Shown: in pieces, positions 1-7,369 of the stretch
Layout: each line of letters opens with the position of its first letter
Numbering within the stretch: position 1 is the stretch's first letter
DNA from: an uncultured Ignavibacteria bacterium
GTDB lineage: Bacteria > Zixibacteria > MSB-5A5 > SM1-73
Length of the DNA stretch: 34,089 bases
Direction: 5' to 3'
Assembly: GCA_964391755.1 (NCBI GenBank)
Contig: CAYMNI010000002.1
Coordinates: 1 to 34,089, forward strand
Made by a program: the position numbers and the translations under genes
Notes under the pieces: generated by a model
The model's input: only the letters and a program-made list of their open reading frames with translations
Told to the model about the DNA's origin: nothing
Databases searched by the model: none

Positions 1-131
1 AACGCATGCCCTTCAATCCCAACTATCAACCCTTGACATGAAAGACAGTATCTACGCGACTATCGGGTTCGATAAATCTAACCCCTACTCATGCCGTTTT
101 TGTAGGCGTCGCGTTTCCGGTTATCAGAACT

Positions 132-1193
132 TTATCTGATGGCTCGCAGAAGGTCGTTGTAAGTTACGAAGATGATGGTAAGAATCAGGAAGACCAAGCC
201 GATCTGCTGCATGGTGGCGCGCTGCTTTAGGCTCAAGGGTGAGCCTTTCAGCTTCTCGATGCTTAAGAAAAGAAGATGCCCGCCGTCCAATACCGGAATG
301 GGAAGGAGATTAATCAGCGAGAGATTGACCGAAAGAAGAGCCATGAAAGACAGAAGGTTGACAAAGCCGGACTTTGCCGTCTCTCCGGCGGTTTGAGCTA
401 TGAAAATCGGCCCACCCAGAAGCTTCGCCGAAGCGGCGCCGGTGATAAGCCCGATTATGAACTTGATCGACTCCACCAGGATGAACCACACCGTATCCAC
501 CGCGTCAAAAAGAGAGTTGAAAAATCCCACCTTGACCGTGGTGTAGCTGGGTCCGATGCCGATCTTCCCCACCTCTTTGATCTCACCGTTCTCATCCAGC
601 ACCCGGTCCTTGAAAGTGGTGATCCGGGCGGTGAATTCCCGGCCGTCGCGCACCCATTTGACTTCCACCGGCTCCTCCACGTGCTGGTAGATTATCTCGG
701 CCATCTCCCAGAAGGTGCTTACGTTGGTTCCGTTGACCGAGACGATCGCATCGCCCGGCTGGATTCCGGCCAGATCGGCAGGCTCGCCGGCTGCCACCAG
801 TCCTACCTGGTTGGTGTCGTCGTGTATTTCGTGCTTTCCCCGGAAGAAAATTATGCCCCAGAAGATGAAAATCGCCAGCACCAGATTCATGATGGGGCCG
901 GCAGCGATGACCATAGCCCGGATTCCCGCGGGCTTGGACGCAAATTCATACGGCTTGCCTTCGATCTTGGACTCATACGGGTCCTCGCCCGCCATCTTCA
1001 CGTATCCTCCCAGGGGAATCCAGGAGACGCAATACTCCGTGTCGCCGATCTTCTTCCCGATCATCTTGGGGGGAAAGCCCAGCGAGAACTTCTCCACCCT
1101 GATTCCCGATCTCTTGGCAACTACAAAGTGGCCCAGCTCGTGAAAGAATATCAGGATGCCCAGTACGAATATGGTGGCAACCAATGTGGTCAT
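132..1193 (-). CDS. rseP: RIP / site-2 zinc metalloprotease RseP (M50 family with PDZ domain)
   Basis: 353-aa ORF. It has HELGH (HExxH) in the first TM segment, a central PDZ-like segment (GIQPGDAIVSVNG) and a C-terminal NLLPIPVLDGGH motif. Its ATG overlaps the dxr stop as ATGA at 1190-1193, matching the classic dxr-rseP gene order. Confidence 0.9.
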   Translation of the reverse strand: MTTLVATIFVLGILIFFHELGHFVVAKRSGIRVEKFSLGFPPKMIGKKIGDTEYCVSWIPLGGYVKMAGEDPYESKIEGKPYEFASKPAGIRAMVIAAGPIMNLVLAIFIFWGIIFFRGKHEIHDDTNQVGLVAAGEPADLAGIQPGDAIVSVNGTNVSTFWEMAEIIYQHVEEPVEVKWVRDGREFTARITTFKDRVLDENGEIKEVGKIGIGPSYTTVKVGFFNSLFDAVDTVWFILVESIKFIIGLITGAASAKLLGGPIFIAQTAGETAKSGFVNLLSFMALLSVNLSLINLLPIPVLDGGHLLFLSIEKLKGSPLSLKQRATMQQIGLVFLILTIIFVTYNDLLRAIR

Positions 1194-2347
1194 TTTCTCA
1201 TCTCTTTTTTAAAGCAAAGCTCCTCTGCGGTTTGCCTGGCCCATTGGTCCGCTTTAAGAATATCGTCCAATCCGGGAGACGATTTCACCTGATGCCGGCT
1301 CAATGTTTCCCGAACCACTTTCTCGATGTGGGTGAAGGCTATCTGGTGGTCCAAAAACGCGCCCACCGCCACCTCGTTTGCCGCATTCAGAACCGCCGGA
1401 GCGGTTCCGCCCACGTTCAGGGCTTGATAGGCCAGTCCCAGACAGGGAAATTTGTCCATATCCGGCTCCTGGAAGGTCAGCTCTCCGATTCTGCTTAAAT
1501 CCAGCCGGGTGTTGTTGCTGGAAACACGCTCCGGATAGAACAGAGCGTACTGGATGGGAAGCTTCATGTCGGGCACGCTCATCTGAGCCATCACCGAGCC
1601 GTCCACGAACTCCACCATGGAATGGACGATGGATTGGGGATGGATCAGAACCTTGATCCGATCCGCGGGGATTCCGAACAGCCAGCGGGCCTCGATGACC
1701 TCCAGACCTTTGTTCATCAGGCTGGCAGAGTCTATGGTGATCTTCTTTCCCATGTCCCAGGTGGGATGAGAAAGAGCTTCATCCACGGTTATCTCGGTCA
1801 GTTTTTCTTTACCGGTCTTCAAAAACGGGCCGCCGGAGGCTGTCAGAATCAGCCTTCTGACCTCCTCTTTATTTCCGCTCAGAAGACATTGCTTGATGGC
1901 GGAATGCTCGCTGTCGATGGGCACGATCTGTGCTTTTTTCTCTTTGGCTTTCTGCATCAGAAGCTGGCCCGCCATCACCAGAGATTCTTTGTTGGCGATG
2001 GCCAGGATTTTACCGCTCTCCACGGCCTCCAGGCTGGGCAGAAGTCCTACCGATCCCACCAGGGCGTTTATCACCAGATCCACCTTGGGATGGGAGCTTA
2101 AGTTTCTGAGGCCGTCGGTTCCGCAGAGTAATTCCACGTCATCGGTTCCGGGGAAATTCCGGAAGACCTGCTCATCGTGGATCACGGCAATTTTCGGCTT
2201 GAACCGGCCGATTTGCTCTTCCAGCAGGCGTGCGTTCTTGTTGGCCGAAAGCCCGAAAACGCAGAACTTCTCCTTGAAGTTGGACAATACCTCCAGGGCG
2301 TTTCGCCCGATAGAACCGGTCGAACCGAGCACCACCACATTTTTCAT
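1190..2347 (-). CDS. dxr: 1-deoxy-D-xylulose 5-phosphate reductoisomerase
   Basis: The ORF track runs to 2398. I place the start at ATG 2347 (MKNVVVLGSTGSIG, the NADPH-binding loop) because AGGAAGGA lies at 2353-2360 on the minus strand, 5 nt upstream. Dxr motifs seen include PIDSEHSA, NKGLEVIEA and HPQSIVHSMVEF. Confidence 0.9.
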   Translation of the reverse strand: MKNVVVLGSTGSIGRNALEVLSNFKEKFCVFGLSANKNARLLEEQIGRFKPKIAVIHDEQVFRNFPGTDDVELLCGTDGLRNLSSHPKVDLVINALVGSVGLLPSLEAVESGKILAIANKESLVMAGQLLMQKAKEKKAQIVPIDSEHSAIKQCLLSGNKEEVRRLILTASGGPFLKTGKEKLTEITVDEALSHPTWDMGKKITIDSASLMNKGLEVIEARWLFGIPADRIKVLIHPQSIVHSMVEFVDGSVMAQMSVPDMKLPIQYALFYPERVSSNNTRLDLSRIGELTFQEPDMDKFPCLGLAYQALNVGGTAPAVLNAANEVAVGAFLDHQIAFTHIEKVVRETLSRHQVKSSPGLDDILKADQWARQTAEELCFKKEMRK

Positions 2348-2442
2348 GAAAATCCTTCCTTTCGCCTCAAATATACGGATGGACACAAGCTCTGGCAAGT
2401 TTTATTTGCCCCACAGTCCGTTCCATCACGCCACGGATGGTC

Positions 2443-2580
2443 GGATGTAGATATAACCAGAACCTGACTTTAGTCAGGTTCTGGTTTAGGATTGACATTT
2501 AGCGTGGATGTAGGCAGAACCTAACTGAAGTTAGGTTCTGGTCTCATATTAATGTTCGGTGTGGATGTGGCCAGAACCTA
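2443..2580. repeat. Tandem array of about 60-bp units, each with a 26-28-nt palindrome (2 full units plus the 5' part of a third)
   Basis: Units begin with GGATGT(A/G)G at 2443, 2506 and 2563. The palindromes are CCAGAACCTGAC-TTTA-GTCAGGTTCTGG (2457-2484) and CAGAACCTAAC-TGAA-GTTAGGTTCTG (2515-2540). Confidence 0.85.
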
Positions 2581-2788
2581 TGGGCAAGATGCAGCGTCCC
2601 AGTTTGCCCTGAACTATGCGGTTCAAAGGATCGTCTCAGGCGAAATCGTCCGTTTGAGAGTTGGCCGGGATTGCATCCCGAAAAGAGACACCGGGATTCA
2701 ATCCCGGTGGCCTCAGTAACAAGGGCTCCCCGCCGGTGGCGGGACGGTTTCTGTTGCGCGTCCCACGGTGAATGATCAGTGTGATCAT
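2581..2788. other. 208-bp GC-rich, hairpin-dense segment nested inside the palindrome array; candidate small non-autonomous insertion or structured RNA
   Basis: It is flanked by GGCCAGAACCTA (2569-2580) and GGCCATAACCTA (2789-2800). Removing it restores an exact copy of the unit-2 palindrome. Internally, a GGCC...GGCC stem encloses the hairpins CGGGAT-TGC-ATCCCG and ACCGGGA-TTCAA-TCCCGGT, followed by CCCGCC-GGT-GGCGGG. Confidence 0.4.
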
Positions 2789-2830
2789 GGCCATAACCTA
2801 ACTGAAGTTAGGTTCTGGTTTCGTATTTCG
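2789..2830. repeat. Displaced 3' part of the third palindrome unit
   Basis: ATAACCTAAC-TGAA-GTTAGGTT lies within 2792-2818. Its right arm and loop are identical to unit 2. Confidence 0.8.
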
Positions 2831-2950
2831 GAATACAGAGTTGGGGCCTGGATGCGCTCACGCAGAGAGCGTTTCGGATTTTCCAAGAATCTTCTTGATA
2901 TGTTCCGGGCTATCGGCTATTATGAGCTTCAAGAGACGAAAGGAGCGTCC

Positions 2951-4021
2951 ATGGGAAGGAAGAAGAGGATCGGGGTCCTGACCGCAGGTGGGGATTGTCC
3001 GGGGCTCAACCCGGCCATCCGGGCGGTGGCCAAGACGGCTTTCTCTCACCAAGCCGAGGTAATAGGAGTCAAGGATGGTTTTGACGGCCTGATTCACGCT
3101 CAGACCAGGAAGCTGAACTGGGAAGACGTCTCCGGAATTCTGACATTGGGCGGCACCATCCTGGGAACCAACAATCGGGCCGATCCTTTCGCCTACGGCG
3201 AGGATAAGAAGGACGTCTCAAAACAGGTGCTGGAGAACTTCGGTAAATTGGAATTGGACGCTTTGGTCTGCATCGGCGGCGACGGGACTTTCAGCGTTGC
3301 TCACAAGCTTCAGGAGTTGGGAATTCCGGTGGTGGGCATACCCAAGACCATCGACAACGACCTGCAGGAAACCGATTACACCATCGGCTTCGACTCGGCA
3401 GTCGGGGTAGCCACCGAATCCGTCGACAGGATTCATTCCACGGCCGAATCGCATCACCGGGTGATGATCGTGGAGGTCATGGGAAGGTATGTGGGCTGGC
3501 TGGCTTTACATGCAGGAGTGGCAGGCGGGGGAGACGTGGTCCTGATTCCGGAGATCTCCTTCGGCATGGACAAAGTCTGCCAGGAGCTGGAAAAGCGCAG
3601 CAAGCTGGGCAAAAGGTTCAGCATAATGGTGGTGGCCGAAGGAGTGAAGCTGGGCGGATCGGAGTTGGTGGTCAAGAGAACCGTCAAAGGCAGCGCCGAG
3701 CCGGTCCGGCTGGGCGGGGTAACCTACCGTATCGCCGAGCAGATCGAAAACCTCACCGGCCTGGAGACGCGTGTAACCGTCCTGGGGCACCTGCAGAGAG
3801 GCGGAACGCCCACCCAATTCGACCGGGTGCTGGCCACCCAGTTCGGAAAGGCGGCGGTGGATCTGGTATATGGCGGGAAGTTCGGCCGCATGGTCAGTCT
3901 GCGGGGAACTGAAGTTACCTCCGTGCCCATTAAGTCCGCCATCGCCGAGCAAAAGAAGGTGACACCCGATTTGCCCTTAGTCCAGGCCGCCAGAGCCGTG
4001 GGAACCTGTTTCGGGGATTGA
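2951..4021 (+). CDS. pfkA: 6-phosphofructokinase (PfkA family; phosphoryl donor ambiguous)
   Basis: The ORF track starts at 2768, inside the repeat region. The real start is ATG 2951 (MGRKKRIGVLTAGGDCPGLN), with GAAAGGAG at 2938-2945. Motifs seen are GGDCPGLN, IGGDGT, PKTIDNDL and MGR. Confidence 0.9.
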   Translation: MGRKKRIGVLTAGGDCPGLNPAIRAVAKTAFSHQAEVIGVKDGFDGLIHAQTRKLNWEDVSGILTLGGTILGTNNRADPFAYGEDKKDVSKQVLENFGKLELDALVCIGGDGTFSVAHKLQELGIPVVGIPKTIDNDLQETDYTIGFDSAVGVATESVDRIHSTAESHHRVMIVEVMGRYVGWLALHAGVAGGGDVVLIPEISFGMDKVCQELEKRSKLGKRFSIMVVAEGVKLGGSELVVKRTVKGSAEPVRLGGVTYRIAEQIENLTGLETRVTVLGHLQRGGTPTQFDRVLATQFGKAAVDLVYGGKFGRMVSLRGTEVTSVPIKSAIAEQKKVTPDLPLVQAARAVGTCFGD

Positions 4022-4192
4022 GCCTTTAGAATCTGTTCGGATCAGCATTTTGATATTGAAATCGGAATCGGATATGATATATTTTTCGAAAATCATGGGA
4101 TGAACAGTTGCTCGATTTCCATAGCGGAATCGGGCGACTAAAACTGCACGACTCCATCTATTTTCGACATCAAAAAGGGAGACATCTGCTTG

Positions 4193-6433
4193 ATGGACAA
4201 GGTTAAACCGGTCAATGCCCAGACGCCCGAGGCGGAGATAAAGTTCAGCCGCGAATTGGGCCTTTTGGAGGCCACCACGCTGGGGGTGGGGGCCATGATA
4301 GGAGCGGGCATATTCATCTTAAGCGGAATGGCGGCGGGAATAGCCGGACCGGCAGCCACCCTCTCCTACGTGCTGTGCGGTTTGATGACCCTCTTCACCG
4401 CCCTCTCCTACTCCGAGCTTTCCTCCTCCATACCCTTGGCCGGAGGCGGTTACACCTTTGTCCATCAGGGGCTGGGCGGATACATCGCCTTCCTGTGCGG
4501 CTGGGCCCTGATTTTCGGCAGCGTGGTGGCCTGTGCTCTGTATGCCCTGGGATTTGCCGAACATTTCAATCCGCTTCTGGATCTGGTGATAAAGGTCTCT
4601 CCCCCCATCAAGTTCAGCGCTTTCGGGTTGGCTCTGCTTCTGTTGCTGGTGAACGTGAAAGGAACCAAGGAGAGCGGAAAGACCCAGAATTTCTTCACCA
4701 TCGCCAAGGTGCTGATGCTGTTTGTCTTCATCGCACTGTGCTTACGTTTCGTCAAGACAGAGAACTTCACCCCCTTTGCCCCCTTGGGATTCACCGGCAT
4801 AATGTCTGCCACGGCTTTGATTTACATCTCCTTTTTCGGCTTCGAGCTGATCTCCAGCGCCTCGGAGGAGATCAAGAATCCCACCAAGACCGTGCCCAAG
4901 GCGATTCTGCTCTCCCTTTTGATACCTACGCTGATCTACGTGGCGGTGGTCTTGGTCTCGGTGGGAATTCTCGACTACCAGACCCTGGGCACCTCCGCCG
5001 CTCCGCTGGTGCTGATAGCTCAGCAGGTCCTGGGAGGTTACGGGCTTCTCTTTGTGTTGATCGCCGGGCTTCTCTCCACCACATCCGCCTTGAATGCCAC
5101 GGTCATGGCGGCAGCGCGTCAGACTTACGCCATGGGAAGGGATGGATATCTCCCAGGCAAAATATTCAGGTTGCACCCCAAGTTCAAAACACCCTATACG
5201 GCAATCGCCGCGGTGGGAGCGGTCATTCTGCTCTTCACCCTCTCCGGCGAGGTAGAGTTCGTGGCTCACCTGGCAAACTTCTGCTATCTGTTTGCTCTGA
5301 TTCTGGTGAACCTGTCCGTGATCATGCTGCGCAAGAAAGCTCCCCGTCTCAAGCGTCCTTTCAGGCTGCCCTGGCACCCGGTGATACCGCTTTTGGCCAT
5401 CGGCTGTAATATGCTGATATTGGCCTTTATGAGCCCGCGCACCTATCTTTTAGGCGCCGGGTGGTTGGGTTTGGGCAGCCTGGTTTACTTGGTCTACTCC
5501 AAGGGACAGAAGGAGGAGGTGGAAAGCCACCGGCGACTCACGGAGATTTTGGCCCGACAGGAGAGAAAAGAATATAAGATCCTGGTGCCCCTGGCCAATC
5601 CCAAAACGGTGGGAATACTTATGGGAATTGCCTGCGCCGTGGCCAGGAAGTTCGACGGAGAGATTATCGCTCTGAATGTGGTGGAGGTGCCCCGGGGAAC
5701 TCCTTTGAAGAAAGGCCTGGCGGATTTGTCCCAACAAAGGCTCCTCCTCTCCAGGGCCGAGAACATCGCCCGGCAGGAGAAGGTGAAGTTCGATAAGATG
5801 ATCAAGCTGAGTCACCGCCTGTCCCACGGAATACTGGAAACGGCCAAGGAGGAACACTGTAATTTCATCATCATGGGACGCACCGGGCCGGAGAAGACTT
5901 TAGAGAAGATATTAACCACCGTGGTGGATATGGTGCTTAAGGAGGCGCCCTGCAACGTGGCTATCGTGCAGGGGGAGAAGATGGATCAGATCAAGCGGGT
6001 GGTGATCACCGCCACGGATAACGTCAACTCTCAACTGGCGGCGGAGCTGAGCCCGGCTTTGCTGGACAGGTTCAAATCGGAGCTTCTGGTGCTGCACGCG
6101 CTCCCCGGTGACGCCACCGGCGACGACGAAACTCAGGCCAGAAGATGGCTGGATTCCTTTGCCGATAAAGCCAACCTTAAGGTCAAGGGCGAACGGAGGA
6201 TACTCAAAGCCGACAAGCCGAATGAGGCCATTGTGGGAGAAGTGCGGGAGGGCGATCTTCTTCTCATGGGGGCCAGCAAGGGAGGCAGCTTGGAGCAGCT
6301 TCTTTTCACCTCCGTTCCGCAGAAGGTCGCCGAGCAGATAGCGGTTCCCATGATAACCTTCAAAAGGTTTCAATCACAGAAGAGGTCATGGTTTGAGAGA
6401 ATCATAGCCGGAAAGAAGGCTGTAGTCAAATAG
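4193..6433 (+). CDS. APC-superfamily amino-acid permease fused to two C-terminal universal stress protein (USP) domains
   Basis: The N-terminal ~440 aa are highly hydrophobic with about 12 predicted TM segments (GVGAMIGAGIFILSG signature). The C-terminal ~290 aa form two USP-like halves (KILVPLANP...IIMGRTG and RVVITATD...LLLMGASKGG). The start is ATG 4193 or TTG 4190; a GGGAG lies at 4177-4181. Confidence 0.8.
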   Translation: MDKVKPVNAQTPEAEIKFSRELGLLEATTLGVGAMIGAGIFILSGMAAGIAGPAATLSYVLCGLMTLFTALSYSELSSSIPLAGGGYTFVHQGLGGYIAFLCGWALIFGSVVACALYALGFAEHFNPLLDLVIKVSPPIKFSAFGLALLLLLVNVKGTKESGKTQNFFTIAKVLMLFVFIALCLRFVKTENFTPFAPLGFTGIMSATALIYISFFGFELISSASEEIKNPTKTVPKAILLSLLIPTLIYVAVVLVSVGILDYQTLGTSAAPLVLIAQQVLGGYGLLFVLIAGLLSTTSALNATVMAAARQTYAMGRDGYLPGKIFRLHPKFKTPYTAIAAVGAVILLFTLSGEVEFVAHLANFCYLFALILVNLSVIMLRKKAPRLKRPFRLPWHPVIPLLAIGCNMLILAFMSPRTYLLGAGWLGLGSLVYLVYSKGQKEEVESHRRLTEILARQERKEYKILVPLANPKTVGILMGIACAVARKFDGEIIALNVVEVPRGTPLKKGLADLSQQRLLLSRAENIARQEKVKFDKMIKLSHRLSHGILETAKEEHCNFIIMGRTGPEKTLEKILTTVVDMVLKEAPCNVAIVQGEKMDQIKRVVITATDNVNSQLAAELSPALLDRFKSELLVLHALPGDATGDDETQARRWLDSFADKANLKVKGERRILKADKPNEAIVGEVREGDLLLMGASKGGSLEQLLFTSVPQKVAEQIAVPMITFKRFQSQKRSWFERIIAGKKAVVK

Positions 6434-6564
6434 CCGACTTAGCCGGAAGCGATCTTCGAGCCGGCAAGTCTTGGTCGGCAATATAAATCGACGCGCCTCT
6501 TTCTGTACCGGATCGGGGCAGTTTTAGGAGGATGGCGATCAACTAAAAAAACAAAGGATGAGAA

Positions 6565-7302
6565 ATGGACCCCAGACAGTTATTCTTGGAACCGCTTAAG
6601 GAGACGGGTGAGAAGATAATCAACCTGCTTCCTTCCCTCTTGGGGGCTCTGGTGATACTGCTTTTGGGCTGGCTGGTGGCCAAGCTGCTGAAGGCCGCTT
6701 TGATAAGGCTGCTGGTGGCGGTACGCTTAGATAGGTTCAGCCAAAGATCGGGGCTGTCCAAGTTTCTCTCCCGGGGAGACATCAAGCATTCCTTAGCAGA
6801 CATTCTGGGAACCATGTTCTTCTGGATCATACTGCTGTTTTTCATCTACCTGGCGGCCGACGTGTTGAACTTCACCTTGGTCCAGGACGCCCTGAACCGG
6901 GTGATCTCCTTCATTCCCGATCTTATCGCGGCGGTGATCATCATAATAATCGGAGTGCTCTTGGCCTCCTTCTTCAGGGGGGTGGTGAGGGTGGCGGCGG
7001 CAAACTACGGCCTGGCCCATCAGGATCTGATCGCCACCGTAGTGCAGTATCTGGTGATATTCTTTTCGGTGGCCATGGCCATGGAGGAGCTGGGAGTGGC
7101 CACTCACATTTTGGTCAACTCGGTTCTGATAATCATAGCCGCCATCGCATTCGGCTTGGCCTTAGCCTTCGGCCTGGGCGGCAAGGAGGTGGCCGGCAAG
7201 ATGGTGAGCAAGATTTTGGAGTCGGAGAAACCGGCCCGGACAGAGCCGGACCCCGTTTCGAGTGCGCCGGAAGAGAGAAAGTCCGACCAGGGCCAAGGCT
7301 GA
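6565..7302 (+). CDS. Membrane protein with conserved TM-helix repeats (PF05552-like, MscS-associated type)
   Basis: 245 aa with about 5 hydrophobic helices. The repeated pattern (LPSLLGALVILLLGWLVAKLL / IPDLIAAVIIIIIGVLLASFF) is typical of the conserved-TM-helix family. The C-terminal tail is acidic and polar. Confidence 0.6.
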   Translation: MDPRQLFLEPLKETGEKIINLLPSLLGALVILLLGWLVAKLLKAALIRLLVAVRLDRFSQRSGLSKFLSRGDIKHSLADILGTMFFWIILLFFIYLAADVLNFTLVQDALNRVISFIPDLIAAVIIIIIGVLLASFFRGVVRVAAANYGLAHQDLIATVVQYLVIFFSVAMAMEELGVATHILVNSVLIIIAAIAFGLALAFGLGGKEVAGKMVSKILESEKPARTEPDPVSSAPEERKSDQGQG

Positions 7303-7369
7303 CGTTCGAAGGAAAAGCCGAATCTGATAGCTACTGTCAACTTATCGGTATGGTAATCGAAGGAGTGTG

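Noticed and set aside
2686-2712. tRNA-like T-arm (CCGGG-ATTCAAT-CCCGG followed by TGGCCTCA) that might mark a tRNA or tmRNA 3' end.
   Set aside because: The loop does not fit the TTCRANN consensus in register. There is no complementary 5' acceptor strand (GAGGCCA) within about 90 nt upstream, no D-arm or anticodon arm can be drawn, and there is no CCA context.
2443-2830. Possible CRISPR array, because of regularly spaced palindromic repeats.
   Set aside because: There are only 3-4 units, the inter-palindrome segments are themselves related to each other (GTGGATGT... blocks) rather than being unique spacers, and there are no cas genes in the window.
2768-2950. N-terminal 61-aa extension of the pfk ORF in the track (MNDQCDHGHNLTEV...).
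   Set aside because: It starts at a GTG inside the palindrome and insert repeats and has no homology to PFK N-termini. A strong RBS (GAAAGGAG) precedes the ATG at 2951, and that start gives the canonical MGRKKRIGVLTAGGDCPGLN N-terminus.
6434-6480. Imperfect extended hairpin (GCCGAC..GCCGG..CCGGC..GTCGGC) after the APC-USP gene, a possible terminator.
   Set aside because: It has an asymmetric internal loop and no downstream T tract. I cannot distinguish it from chance GC-rich self-complementarity.
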